Origin: Phoronis australis
Lineage: Eukaryota > Animalia > Phoronida
Assembly (NCBI GenBank): GCA_002633005.1
Contig: NMRA01000059.1
Coordinates: forward strand, 833,150-897,149
DNA length: 64,000 nucleotides
Direction: 5' to 3'
The translations under genes were made by a program, and so were the position numbers. Below, one piece after another: positions 38,501 through 50,581 of this stretch (within the stretch, counting starts at the first letter, position 1; each line of letters starts with the position of its first letter). A model generated the notes under the pieces. That model made no database searches. It was not told the origin of the DNA and was given only the letters and a program-made list of their open reading frames with translations.

Positions 38501-41500
38501 TTAGCGGTCTTTTTAACGGCCGAAATCGACAAAATGATATCTTGCTTACTTTTTCGATATAATGTGATCGAAATGCACACATTCCCGAGAGAGCTATTTG
38601 GAACCTCGTTTCCGAAAAAACACCATTGCTCTTTTTGGTGATGGTTCAGTGAGAGTCACGGAATGGAAAACGCAAAGCTTCATATTGTCGCAAATGAGTC
38701 CGTTCGGAGTTTTATTTGTTAGAGATAAAGAGAATACAGCTCTGGGACAAATACTGCTTTGGCCTCTCGCGGGGACGCGTCTATTATTTTTCAGGGAGTA
38801 TGTGAGGTGAACAACGTAAAGAAACGTATACGAACTCGTTCTCCAGGGCTTCCGGGCAATCCGCTTTCTCCTGGCAATCCCTAAAATGGAAAACGGCACA
38901 CGTCAAAGAACTTGAGTTCAGACAAATAAGGAATTTTTAAACAAGTTATTATTAGCGGTTGCTGAGACAACCAAATGGGAATTTGTACATGTGCATTTGA
39001 TGGCTGTCGATTATGGGACCCCTGAGTTATGTTTAAAAAGTTGAAATACTGTTTTAATAAAGTCGTATCCAAAATTACGACGTGTCCTAAAGAGACATTG
39101 CTAATTTAACTTAGTATTCGAATGAAATAAAAGATCTGCTTTATATCTTGCTTAGAAAAATCCATATGATTGAAACAGGTGTTCGTGCTGAAGTAACGTG
39201 GGACCTATTTTCCAGTTTAATCTTGGTTTAACCGAACTTGGGATTTAAAGCCTTAATGCGCCCGCTAACGGCGACTTTCGATGTCAAATTCTCTAACTGT
39301 TGAATTCAAACACTTACTGTTCTGAAACTGTTCCCATATTGTAATTTACTGAGGTTAGAAGTAATTCCTGGTTTTGGGAAACTGACAAGACTGCAATTCA
39401 AATTCGCTGGTCGTCATTGATTGCGTTCCAAGTCGCTTACGAAAAGTTTGGGCTTAAGTTTCCTGTGTTTAGTCGCCTACGCAAAGGCCGTAAACGTTTA
39501 GCCTGTTGTGAACTGGAAAACCTCAGCTCAGTTAACTTACGCATCAATAAAGTCTGCCGCAGACTTTGACCGATTTACACATGTGGTTGTACTTACGCGT
39601 GCACCCTGAGGGCCTCGCTCTCCGTCAAATCCTGGCAAACCCGGGTCACCGGGTGCACCCTGAGGCCCCTCCGCTCCAGGAGAACCAGCGAAGCCACGCT
39701 GCCCGGGATCACCGGCAGGACCTTGCGGACCCTACATGAGAACAAGGATATTAAAAACGAACAATCTCAAGTGATTTCCTAGTTGCTGAAGACTTGATTT
39801 CGGGTTCTGTTGCCGTAAAAGTCAAAGCATAATATTATAATAACCGATTTCGTCCAATGTCATGTTCAACATTTGGAGAGCATCAAAGAATACAAGCCTG
39901 AAGACTGCACGTTAAAATCAGAGCTAGAAACTTCTGATATATTAAATCTCACTTAAAACTTAGGAGATAGACAAATGGAAAATAGCCAATGTAAAATAAA
40001 TAAGCGAAAATGAGTGGAATTCGTTTACAAATTTTAGAAATGCCGTGGTTTTCATAGACGTCATGGCGGCTTGCACTCAAAAGCGTCTTATTGGTCTTTA
40101 ACTACACAGTACGTAGGTGAACTAGAATGACGTCACTTGCCTCTTCGCCTTTAACGCCCTCGCATTGACAGTTGCTTCGTTGGCATTTCCCAAGTTCCTG
40201 AAACGCAATAAGATCAATTTGAGGGTCCTGCCTTACTAAAATGCAATAACTTTACGAAATAGAGCTCTGGTTTCTGTTTACCTGTACGCCGCCTCTCATT
40301 TCCATGAGAAAACCGTGTATCCCAGTAGTTTGAGCTCCGGGCTCCCGTTTGGGAGACGCGGGTTCGACTCCCAGCTTTACTGACTGACAATCGAGAATTG
40401 CACAAAAGTATCTCCTACTCCTCTGAGCTCGGTCTTCCGGCCTGGTGAATATGTGCGAGGAAATTAATGAGAACCAGGATATAATGCGAAAGCGGTTTCC
40501 GGTGCTGTGGTCATATTTACAAAAAAAATCCATGAAAGATACGTGTACTTCTGTACGTTTGTGTGCCTCAAGAGCTTGGTCGTCCAGGCATATTTATCAT
40601 TTATCGCCGCCACCTTTACCACGATAACAAACCGCATAAAGTGACAATATATTGAACCAAAAGTATTTCATATGGTAAAATGAATTCGTTATACAGCCCA
40701 TATAAGCAGAATAAGACGATCGTGCACAATTTTGCAATCTGAGAACAGATGTTGCAAATGGAGACCCTGAAGTAAGGTAAAACTACTGAGGTACAACATA
40801 TTCAACAGATGTTGCAAATGGAGACCTTGAAGTAAGGTAAAACTACTGAGGTACAACATATTCAACATAGTCCAAAAGTTCGCTTTGCCGCTGCCACTTT
40901 GACACCCCTGAAGTAGTTGTCTCTCAAGTTGGAAAGGCCCTCAAAAAACAGTAAATGAGCAATTATTGTGTGTGACTGCCATCTACACTAACAAATTTTC
41001 GCCACTTGCATCCCCCCTCGGCAGGAGAGGCCCACAAAGAACTTGAAATATCCTTTTTTATTTGTTTTTGACCTTGCATTCTGAGACGGGAGATATTTTA
41101 GCCATTCTTCAAGTGTGAAGCAACAAAGCGAAATGTGACATTTAATACCTGGTTACCCTTGTCGTGTCAGTCGTTTTGTTTACCGTAACTCTTAACATTG
41201 AACTATGTGTGAACTTCACATGAACGAATCTTAATGACAAAGATGTGCACGTTGGACAAAATCAGAAGCTAGAATCTTTTAGTTTTAAGCAAACCTGAAT
41301 CATTCTATAAGTCAGCTGAAAGTCACTGCAGAATGCCTTGGTCTGAACTGTAGATTTACGGAGAGTAATTTGACGAAAGTAACACAAGAGTTCCGATGTT
41401 ACTTTTACAAAATCAACACAATCCTAAAACACGAAGTGATCCTTAAAACCCACGTGTTTTAAAACACGAAAATATAACAACTTTTCATCCTATCTTAAGA

Positions 41501-43381
41501 GACCGGTGACTACGCATGATCGCAATTTCAAGAGTATTTGAATGTCTCTCAACCAACGGCTCAGTAAGCGCTGGTATAATGTACAAACATACTTGAATAC
41601 TGGTTTTCAGTGTTTGACAGGCGCTTTGCTACGCTCAAGTTTAGTCAAGCAACGTTGCAATTGCAATGTTCCACAGCAATACATTCGATCACGTGGATAT
41701 CGGCAAAGACTTCATACTTGTACCGGTGTATCGTAAACATACCTTACTCAAAAACTCCTTAAATGTCTCCAGTTGGCGCAGTCGTCTCTTTGATGTTTTC
41801 CTTGACTTTCCAGCTGAACAAACAAAATATTAGAATTACAAAACATTCGAATGAAAAAAACATTGCATTTTTCGCATGCAGTTGGATTTCACTGTCAGTG
41901 GATAACAATAGAACTTTGGCGTATGATAAAGGAAGCGTTTTATTGGATAACAATAAAAATTCAGTATCTGACGAAGACTTTTTTGCATCGAAAATGGTAG
42001 AATTACGCTTCTAGCGTTGGATGAAAATGAAATAAAGTTTCTGACAACAAGTACCTCACATTGAAAATCGACAAAACGTATGTTCTGATGGAGAAAGTCT
42101 TTCACTGCATAGCCATAGATATCAGACCTTTCACAAAATTCGATCCAAGATGAATTCTTGTTTCACATCTGCTGATATCATGGTGCTAACGAGATACTGC
42201 TTAGCGGGGACCCGCTCTGGTGTGTAGCGGGGACACCACTCTGGTGTGTAGCGGGGACACCACTCTGGTGTGTAGCGGGGACACCGCTCTGGTGTGTGCG
42301 GCCTCGAAATGCTTTCCACGCTCAAAGCAAAAGCATCGGAAAGATCCAAGATGGTAATTGCATTGCACTTCTCTGCTAAGTTGGGAAACTCGCACGAAGG
42401 TACTTACAATGTACTACTGAGTGATGAAATATCGAAAAGTTGATAATGCATAATGTTAGCATTCGTTTTCATGGCTATCTGCATTATGCCGTAAAGAAAG
42501 AATAATGGTTTCATATTTCTCATGACATTTAATAAATCAACGCTGTTTTGCATGTTTAGTAAACAAAATGCAATAGACAAAATACATCTGCTTGAACGGG
42601 CATATATTGATTCGCCGTGTACATTCGCATAAATGTAGAGCAGCGAGTGCTTTTAGTGTTTCAAACGTAAAAGTATTAAGAATAGGCTGGTTAGATTGAG
42701 AGTTGGTTGTCCCATCCAGGAGCCTCTCACTCGTCCGAAGATGCACTAGTACGAAGGTGCAGAAATCTGAAGGAGCACTAGTCCGAAGGTCAACCAAAAA
42801 GGGGTATCTGAGCCATAAAACACTAAAATGCAATTTTGCCGGCATTCTACGAAACTCAGTGATGTGTCCAGTAACCATCGCGAGTACCTAATCAGTGGCT
42901 GTGCTAAAAAAGCCTCAGTTTGAAACTTTGGGCGAACGGCAAAATTCACTTCCGAAAAAAATCACTTCCGTGCGTCATCTTTCGTTGACACAAGTTTTTA
43001 CAAATTTAATGATCCATAATTCGCGATCAACAATGGTACTATCCACTTCGATTTCTATCATAACGAAAGCTTCCGGTAGGTGTTGAGAACAAAGTATTGT
43101 CTTCGGTGTCGCACGATTGCAAACGTAGTAATATGTTTGAAAATGTCTAGAGATTGTTTTCAGGGATAATCCAAGGACTTACGGAAGATTCATGTACAGA
43201 GTAACATGCACGGACTAGTACCTTCGGACTAGTGTCATTTTGGACTACTGCAATTGGAGACATTTAATGAAATAACCATATTTTGTCTTACTAAACAATT
43301 TGCAGATTATAATTCACAACTGTGCTTACCTAGCGCATACGCCAAAAAACAAATGGCTAACACCCACACGAAGGCTTTCAT
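26248..43381 (-). CDS. COL4A-like: Short-chain type IV collagen alpha chain (signal peptide + 7S-like + short collagenous domain + C4/NC1), 13 coding exons, ~696 aa
   Basis: Exons 43330-43381, 41743-41813, 39597-39731, 38836-38880, 35198-35323, 34131-34238, 33432-33507, 31310-31362, 30265-30337, 28847-29470, 27835-27996, 27333-27619, 26248-26526. All have GT/AG boundaries and compatible phases and sum to 2091 nt ending in TAA. Gly-X-Y repeats plus NC1 motifs [44 protein letters not shown] with 12 Cys. Confidence 0.93.
27333..27619 (-). CDS. COL4A-like: NC1 exon 2 ([18 protein letters not shown]...WDGFSFVM)
   Basis: 287 nt, cag/GTGAGT; C4 motifs. Confidence 0.96.
27835..27996 (-). CDS. COL4A-like: NC1 exon 1 ([20 protein letters not shown]...NVQDLG)
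   Basis: 162 nt, cag/GTAAGA; start of the C4 domain. Confidence 0.95.
28847..29470 (-). CDS. COL4A-like: Large collagen exon (208 codons, Gly-X-Y with short interruptions)
   Basis: 624 nt open on the minus strand, ttttag/GTGAGT, phase 1->1. Confidence 0.95.
30265..30337 (-). CDS. COL4A-like: Collagen exon [24 protein letters not shown]
   Basis: 73 nt, cag/GTGAG, phase 0->1. Confidence 0.92.
31310..31362 (-). CDS. COL4A-like: Collagen exon (G)[17 protein letters not shown]
   Basis: 53 nt, ttttcag/GTAGG, phase 1->0. Confidence 0.9.
31527..31760 (+). mobile_element. tRNA-derived SINE, same family (collagen intron)
   Basis: Shared core CCCTTGAG...CTAGCTCCTCAG.TCGGTTTTAAC...CAGGTGATCAGTGCAAT. 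Confidence 0.65.
33054..33181. repeat. ~128-bp imperfect hairpin / MITE
   Basis: AAACGTACC..CGTAGATGA..TAATATCCCAC / GTGGGATATTA..TCATCTACG..GGTACGTTT. Confidence 0.75.
33432..33507 (-). CDS. COL4A-like: Collagen exon [25 protein letters not shown]
   Basis: 76 nt, AG/GTGAG, phase 0->1. Confidence 0.92.
34131..34238 (-). CDS. COL4A-like: Collagen exon, end of 7S (...[12 protein letters not shown])
   Basis: 108 nt, AG/GTCAG; matches the 7S hallmark GIPGCNGTK. Confidence 0.93.
35198..35323 (-). CDS. COL4A-like: Collagen exon, 7S-like ([27 protein letters not shown]...GFR)
   Basis: 126 nt, AG/GTGAGT; resembles alpha1(IV) 7S [21 protein letters not shown]. Confidence 0.93.
35461..36416 (+). mobile_element. 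Non-autonomous Kolobok-type DNA transposon, copy B (collagen intron)
   Basis: TTAA|AGGAGAATGCCACCC ... GGGTGGCATTCTCTT|TTAA; THAP fragment CIVPSCPN...[18 protein letters not shown]...LRVC at 35635-35809; homologous to copy A in inverted orientation. Confidence 0.85.
36431..36587. mobile_element. Harbinger-like MITE
   Basis: CTGGGCCCAGTTGCATAAAAG / CTTTATTCAACTCAGCCCAG; a related end is at 7179. Confidence 0.55.
36596..37241. mobile_element. ~650-bp MITE with ~40-bp TIR (TAGTCTCG terminus, possibly Academ-like)
   Basis: AGTCTCGTCCCCAAGCCTCAAGATGGTGTTGATCGGTT / AACCGATCAGCGCCATTTTGAGGCTTGGGACGAGACT. Confidence 0.75.
38836..38880 (-). CDS. COL4A-like: Collagen exon [15 protein letters not shown]
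   Basis: 45 nt, ttttag/GTTCGT, perfect Gly-X-Y. Confidence 0.88.
39597..39731 (-). CDS. COL4A-like: Collagen exon, 15 Gly-X-Y triplets (GPQGPAGDP...GPQGAR)
   Basis: 135 nt, AG/GTAAGT, perfect Gly-X-Y. Confidence 0.93.
40313..40375 (+). mobile_element. tRNA-like SINE head (not a functional tRNA)
   Basis: B box GGTTCGACTCC, anticodon-like hairpin CTCCC-GTTT-GGGAG, degenerate A box and acceptor stem. Confidence 0.5.
40744..40867 (+). repeat. Tandem duplication, 60 bp x2 (1 mismatch)
   Basis: Directly visible. Confidence 0.95.
41743..41813 (-). CDS. COL4A-like: Collagen IV exon: basic propeptide [24 protein letters not shown]
   Basis: Acceptor ttttgtttgttcag, donor AAG|GTATGT; 71 nt bridges phase 1 to phase 0 without a stop. 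Confidence 0.68.
42202..42296 (+). repeat. Minisatellite, 24 bp x4 (TAGCGGGGACACCACTCTGGTGTG)
   Basis: Directly visible. Confidence 0.93.
43330..43381 (-). CDS. COL4A-like: Collagen IV exon: signal peptide [17 protein letters not shown](A)
   Basis: ATG at 43381-43379, hydrophobic core, donor G|GTAAGC, acceptor tttcag at 43410-43411; phase 1 matches the next exon. Confidence 0.8.
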
Positions 43382-43572
43382 CTTAACTGTGCGACGGGGC
43401 CAAGCACAACTGAAACGACATAATATATTTAGGCTTGTAACGCCCAAGCTTTATTTCCGCACCAAGCAGGGCAGCGTTCCCTAGACACGAGAAACCAGCA
43501 AAACTTCGAGATATCGCCATGCCTTACAAGTTAAGTACGTAGCTGCACTAGCTGTCTTCACGAGTCTCTTAC

Positions 43573-43660
43573 GGCCACGGAACGCAACCCCAGGACACGT
43601 CAAAGGCAATTTGCTTGAGCACCCTTGATCATTCGTCAGTGTCTCGCGTGCGCATGCGGC
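43573..43660 (-). promoter_or_regulatory. Candidate collagen promoter / non-coding first exon
   Basis: CpG-rich patch with NRF1-type TGCGCATGCG (43649-43658) and a minus-strand donor CC|GTAAGA at 43572-43567 that could splice to the acceptor at 43410. Confidence 0.35.
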
Positions 43661-45360
43661 GCCGTGCTGTGGTGACAGACACAAATTACAAACGCGCGGC
43701 ACCAAGAAGACACTGTGGAAATCACTTGACAAGAAAACAAGGAAAGTGTCAAGATCTGGCCTGAAGCAAAGGCAGAGAATAGCACAATGTATACATTTCA
43801 ATGAGATTTTGGAATTTCAATAGATTAAAAATACTAATCATTTGTAACAACTGTTGTGCTCTTTATACTTAATCGGCCATAAACCCGCGTTTCGCACAAG
43901 AAGCGATTTTTATCTATACCACTTTCTACTCAAAAAATGATTTCCGCTTCTTCCTTAGTTGTGATATGATTTTTGGGCTCGGCACCAACGAACAATCAGC
44001 TCTTTCAAGACCATGCCGGAGTTCCTTAGACGTGAGAACCTCACGAAAACGCAAGATCATGTAAGACTTGGTGAGATATCGCCATCTATTGCAAACGAAG
44101 CACGTGATCACTCCAGCTACCGTCCCAAGATTCATTCTAAGTTCTAGTCCCGTTCGTATTCTCACGGTTTCAGCTACACTGTATTAAGTGGCGTAATGCC
44201 GACCTTTGTAGATAGTACATACTGGATTTATAATGAAAATGTATCTTCGAAGTGGCCGAAAGAATTCAAGCCCCATCTATTGGTATTCCATTAAAACATA
44301 ATAACCTGAACTCTGGTAAAAATGACCAACCATGCAATTACGTAGTATTCGTCGAGTATCAGATTTCTGTAATAACAGATTTTTTGTTCGTGATACTTCC
44401 TTCAGTTATACCACATGTCACAGAAGAAACAAGCGCAATTGTTCGTTGTTTATTGGCTTTAACTCTGCGTCAGTAGCTATTCCAAATAGAGATCCACAAC
44501 CACGGGAAATGTAAACAAAATTTGAATCTTGGTCATTTGTTATGGACGGAATAGTCGTGACTGGTGATTTCTAAGTTAAACGAAAAATCTCCAAAAAAAA
44601 TAAAATTGTTTCACTTTGTAACTATCAGCATGCACTTTTTAATATTCACTTTAATCCAAAAATATGAACTGAGAGTTTTTATTTAAAAAGAGCTTTGCAA
44701 ATGTTTGCATGAGTGTCATTTTCGTGATTGTGTTTGTAGTCAGGGGCATCTGTCAACCTATGTGATTGTGACATCGACTATCCAATTCCCGGACAATAGC
44801 TCGGAATGTTTTGTAAGAGGATAGACGATTTTCTTTGGCACAATGTTTGAATTTAGTGTCTATTGCATTTTATAGGATTTCTCTAGTAATGCCCTCGTAA
44901 AACGTCTATGTAAATACACGTAAAACGGCAAAGAACTCTTTGTAGCTATGACGCCTACAAGTCCAGCAAGCGCGCTTCCCGAAATACAAGTATAATACAG
45001 TGACCACTCGCCTCAGACAAGCCGAACTGGTTGGATTTTTATCTTGTTCGGATGCTGCCTAGTCAACGACTACGCCGAAAAGGCATCAAATCCGAGATAA
45101 AAACTTAAAAGAGGTTAAATAATATTAATCTGGCTGTAAACATGGCCTTTAGTATGTTTGAGTAACGATTGTTTAGTAACACTGGAGGAAATCTGAATAT
45201 GCAGAACTATTTCAAATATTTGCACAGGTTTATACGTCATTGTAGGACCAACATGTTACTCCCAGATAACATAGCCCGTGTGCCGAAGACTGTTTTCCTA
45301 TTTAACTTGGATTTCCTGGATAATTTTTTTTCTTTGCTGTTCCATTTAGGCTAGACATCG

Positions 45361-46150
45361 TTAATCCTATATTTAGGGGAGGTGATCGTTTGCAACCTTT
45401 GAGCATTTTTAGATATGCAAATTAAGTCCGCATTTACGTAAGATTCTATTTTTACTTATAATTTTCATACCACGCACTGCACACAGATTATTTTGATGTT
45501 TTCACCCATGTTTCCATGGTCAGCCAATTTAATAGTTCATGTTATTGGTGGATAGATCTGAATTTGCATAATTTGTGCAAATTAAAGACGCCATTGTTCA
45601 AAATTCTACTTGTTCTTTTAGCTACGGTACCTGGTACCACCAGTGAACTATCATGCAATAACTAGCGAAATGGTTTCATTAACCTAATTAAGCATAGGAT
45701 CACAGGTGCAAATGTCATGACAGTCTACGTGTGGTGCTTGGCACAGCAGCTATAAGCACAAGTAGAATTTTGAATAACGCCGGCCTTACTTAACATTAAT
45801 TATGCAAAATTTACCACGCAACAACTTGCAAACTGATTTAATTAAACTAATTAACCATAAGAACATAAGTACAAATAATAATGTGATGGCTGGTAGCATA
45901 GCTATAAGCACAAGAAGAATTTTGAATAATGGCGGCCTCAATTTACATAAATTCATGATGTATCCACCAAAAAACTTTGCACTATTAAATTCTCTGACAT
46001 TGGAAACATGGGCGAAAAGCCAAAATAATCTGCGTGCAGTGCTTGGTAAGGAAATTATAAGCAAAATAGAATCTTGCATAATGGTGGCCTTGCATATTTA
46101 AAAAGTTGTCACGGTTGCGAACTCTCAACCCCTCATATCATGGTCATTTA
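45361..46150. mobile_element. Degenerate TTAA-flanked MITE (piggyBac-like) with internal direct and inverted repeats
   Basis: TTAATCCTAT...GTTTGCAACC / GGTTGCGAAC...TTAA; repeated GCTATAAGCACAAG.AGAATTTTGAATAA. Confidence 0.45.
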
Positions 46151-47069
46151 ACACTTGGCTACATGAAACACCAGGTTCAGCCTCCAGGCTCCCAAACTAA
46201 AACCCATCGCATACATCAAGCAAGTAAAAATAGGTGATCCAAAGGGGATTTTAATTACATTTCAATTTAAACGGAACACAGTAAACCTGGCCAAAACTTT
46301 AAGGAAGAAACCTCTGGAATGTTTGTTGTTTACTACTAGCCAGCACTTTCGCATTAAGTTACGTGCTAAGACGCTAAGAAGTACTGTTAATGTGCGTACT
46401 TAGCCCGTGCGCCTATATCTAAACTACAGCGCTTTTCAAACAAATTTCTCAATCGAGGGTCCGCGATTAGGCCATATGCCTAAGGTTATAGGCGCAAGTG
46501 GTTGTCCCAAGTAGATGTGCACTTCTTCAACTGGATGCAGGATTCGTGTTGCCGTTAATGTACATCCTTAACATGTTTCATTTTTCTCCACCAATAACCG
46601 CGGAAAATTTAATCGGTGTTCCCAGAAAAGTCCCAAATGGGATTTTTACCTGTATTTTGGGTAACAATAAATATTTATTACCCGGGTTCGTAAGACCGGC
46701 TTCTTTGCAAAAGTACCTTATGTCGGGGATTAAAATCGACGTATTTGTTGAAATAATGAAACAGTAAAAACTTGTAAAATCTCAGAATAGTATTTCTTTT
46801 GAAAATGTTTACGAGGAATTTGACATGTCGAAAAGACTGCCGAGGCTACGATTTGTGATTGAACGGGGTACTCAAAGTACTCGAAATCATAAACAAAGAT
46901 TTCAGCGTTTTTTTTTGGAGTTCAAGTTTAAGTCTTGAACCGTTATAGGTAACTCGGAAATGAGCAAAAATTCACCTTAATACCAATGCCCCATCTCCCC
47001 CCCCCCCCCCGGTTACCAGTCAAAAATCTGCGATTATGTCGGCGGAAATTGCTTACAACATTCCGTTTT

Positions 47070-47560
47070 GATAAACAAAATTTGTTGGTTTCTGATTTAC
47101 ACGTTTTTGTATCTACGAAAATCAACAGATTTATAGATGATTTTTTGACAACTGGAAGCTGATATTGTAAGAATTGGTATTGGTGTTGTTTTAGTGAATT
47201 TAGTTGCAACTTGAAGTTGTAAAAACTCTGCAATCCGATCCCCAAACAGTACAGTACACTTAGACGATGTTTGCCTATCTAAACTATCATTAATAACATT
47301 CGGACAGTTCCCAAAATTATACTCACAATTCAAATGACAATAAATGCAGTGCTTTTTGTCGTTGAAACTCACAAGCAGGAGATCAAAAAATTATTAGTCA
47401 ATAGAAAATTAAGGTAAACGCATTGCTCATGAAATCGATTGTTGGTTTCTGAGTTACATGTTTATGTGTCCACGAAAATCGACTGATTGATAGATGATTT
47501 TTGACAACTAGAAGCTAATCTTGTAAGAAATGACGCTGCTTCTCTGAACTTAGTTGCAGG
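47070..47560 (+). repeat. Local duplicated ~130-bp segment with an inverted copy at ~62900-62990
   Basis: TTGTTGGTTTCTGA...ACGAAAATC.AC.GATT.ATAGATGATTTTT.GACAACT occurs twice. Confidence 0.6.
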
Positions 47561-47926
47561 CTGACATTGGGGAAAGTCGATCCATCATAAAATTGCTAAA
47601 TAGCAAAATACACTAAGCGATTTTGGTCCATCTGAAATAAGACTCAAGGATATTGATGAATGTTGGACAGCTCAACAAAATGTCCCAAGTTGTGCAGGCG
47701 ATAGGAGGGGAGGGTAGGTTGGAGAAGTCGAATTGGTTAGGCCCCCCCCCCCATAATTTTTGCTTTCCCACAGGCCTATAAAAGTAGGGTCTGGTAAGGG
47801 CAAACAAAGGTAATTTTAAAACTGGCCTAAGTACTTAATTTCGTTTATAAGCACAGCTTCACATGAAGGTACATGGGTCTAAAATGCACGTATTCGGTTA
47901 CTGCATGAAAGTTGTTTAGCATTCAT

Positions 47927-48068
47927 TGGCTGCACTTGATTGCCTTTACCGGTAACGTCTGGTCAACCGGCTAGGACATCTGATTGGTTTAAAAGCCGGA
48001 AGCTGTTGTCGAGAATCACCAATCAGATATCTTAGCCGGTTGACCCACTGGATCCGGCGAAATCAAGT
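47927..48068. mobile_element. Palindromic MITE
   Basis: GGTCAACCGGCTAGGACATCTGATTGG / CCAATCAGATATCTTAGCCGGTTGACC inverted arms. Confidence 0.7.
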
Positions 48069-50581
48069 TTTCCCGTTCTGCTTTGGCATACGTTTACTTG
48101 TGCTACATATGCAACCCTTGGAGTGTTTTCATAGCCTCAAAGTCCGCACAAGCGCTCCCCCCGGCCGTCGTCACAAGTTTTCCCGGTTGTCCCCACTTAA
48201 ATACCCTTGATTGCCACCCTCTACTGTTCTACAGGTCAATGATCAAGAGTTTATCACAGCCGCCCATGGCCCTGCAATGCAAAAGACTAGAGGACGTAGC
48301 CCTGGCTAGCATAGACCTCGATCCGCCTAATTACATGGCTAACAGTTTTGACACAGGGGTGCATTCTTCGTTCAAAGACTTGCGATTGAAATGAGTTTCA
48401 CGATTGACCTCTCGTAGTGTTTTAATCGACTAACAACTAGGAATGAAGGCTCAGGAGGAAAACGTTTATGAGTGAGTCCCCCAGGCTTTTTGAGTTTTCG
48501 GCCATTGAACTTTAATAATTTTTACCATTATGCAAAAATGTTTCCCATTAAGTATCATTTAGTTCGTTGAACGGATGGCTGCCTTAAGCTGTTGAAAAAA
48601 TCTGTCAGTTTGAAATTGTGAATAATGTTTTCTTCAGTGAAATTGCTGGTCCAAGCGATTTGAATTACGAATTTCCTTTACGACTGTAATTATTCCAGGA
48701 TAAATGAACATTTAAATGTAATGCTACTTATTCAGCATAATAAAACAGTCAGTCAATGCGCTACACTAAGTTGGGTACACTGCGCGTTATTATACAACAG
48801 CCAAAAGGTATTTTTCATATTTCAATAGTAAGTACCAAGTTGAATTTGTATGTGAAACATAATCCATTATTTGAGAAATATTATCAACAAGTATACATTT
48901 CTAAGTAGTGAGACAAACTGGACGACTGAGGTCAAATGATAACGCTTGTTTTCTTGTGTACTGGCGCGTCATTTTGTAGACGGTAGAATGTTAGGCAAAT
49001 GAAACAGTAGAGAAATTTTTCAAAAATCTCTATAACGTAGATTTAATGGTTCTAGTAGAAAGCAGGCCCCTGATAAAAAACTGACCTCCCTGGTTGCAGC
49101 CGTTGGTTTGCACTTGTTGAAAATATAAACAAAATCAAAATTAGGTTTCTACGCTTCCTCAATCGACCGTGCATTTGATGCGTTACTAGTAACTTTTTAT
49201 TCGTAACAAGGTTAAATAAGGATTTTTGAGTGTAAACGCAAAATGTTTTTGCAGCAGTATTGCTGTTGATATTGCCCCCTTGTATGAAATGAAATGTTCC
49301 ACTTACCTACGTACCTACCCTCTCAGCGAAGGGCGGGGAGGGTGAGGGAAGACGAAAAAAATATTGATGACCTAATAAACCAATAATGGATGGTCATAGG
49401 TTTGAACTTTCTGAAATTAATAGAACACCAGGGTTCTTTCGAAACATTTTTGGTAATCCAAAAAACGTGTCGAATAAACTGCAACCTTCTTAAGATAGTT
49501 TTGTTTGTTTAAGTGTCTGGAACTATAAGCAGTATTGCGCAACTATATCTATGAATGTAGTCAAGGAATCGAGATAACCCAACTTGTGAGTACTGCAAAG
49601 TGTTCCGTGAGGACTCATCCGGATTTATCGTGGCTTAGGACATGCGATAAATCCCTGTGTCAGCATCGTTTTATGGGCGGAGTTCGCCATGTCTATCTCA
49701 GCAACAATTCAGACTAGCCCGACAACCCTTTCACAACGTCCGTAATATAAAGGTCGCTTTAGGCTGCATACCTCTATTTTTGTCACCGGAAAATGAAATT
49801 TGAAAATTGGTACATGTACTTTCTCAAATTCCGTCTCGCCTACAAATGTAAATGTATAAGATTTATGTGATGGACTTTCTAAAACTTGCGGCTTATTAGC
49901 ATATTACTGTCAACCTAAGGGTATCGCTTTGCACGATTGATTCCGCAAATAGGTTGTTCATGTGTCAATAGAACACACATCATAAGTACATTTCACTTCT
50001 ACCACCGTCTCCACAATCCTGTACATCCAAAGCCTGTGAATAAAGAGAGTTGTGCCGAGGGCCGTCTTTTCAATTCGTTCCATTTCAACTAGTCATTATA
50101 GTCAATATTATTTATTTCACCCTTTTCTCATTCCTGCCATTCACACCAAGTGTTATGCTTACACACACGCACTACTACAATTCTTTTTGTAAACTATCAA
50201 TTATGGTCTATCTTTTCAATGTTATAGTTCTGGAAATATTTGAACCTCGTTCTGACTTCCCCCTACACCAGAGTACTTTTTAAAAAGAAGGCGACTGAAT
50301 GAGTAGAAAACGCAAAACAAAGACCAGTGTATCACGACAAGCGTTCTGCTTTGCGTTTAAAATATCCTGTTCATACAGGAAAGAAATTACTGTATGACCG
50401 CGCCTCTAAATTCCAGCTTCGATCCCTTGAACGCCAATCCTAGACCAGCAAACGTCAAATCTGCGGTACAAATATTACCTACGCCCCTGAAGTCAGAACA
50501 GGCACCGACAATACTCCTTACCCGGGATCAAACTTCAAACCCGGTACATAACACCTGCCGACACTCATGGTTCAGGATTGG

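Noticed and set aside
38506-38522. GGTCTTTTTAACGGCC as a third histone stem-loop
   Set aside because: Stem mismatch and no AAC/AC flanks.
40313-40375. Possible tRNA gene
   Set aside because: Only the B box/T arm is good; acceptor and D arms are broken, so it is called a SINE head.
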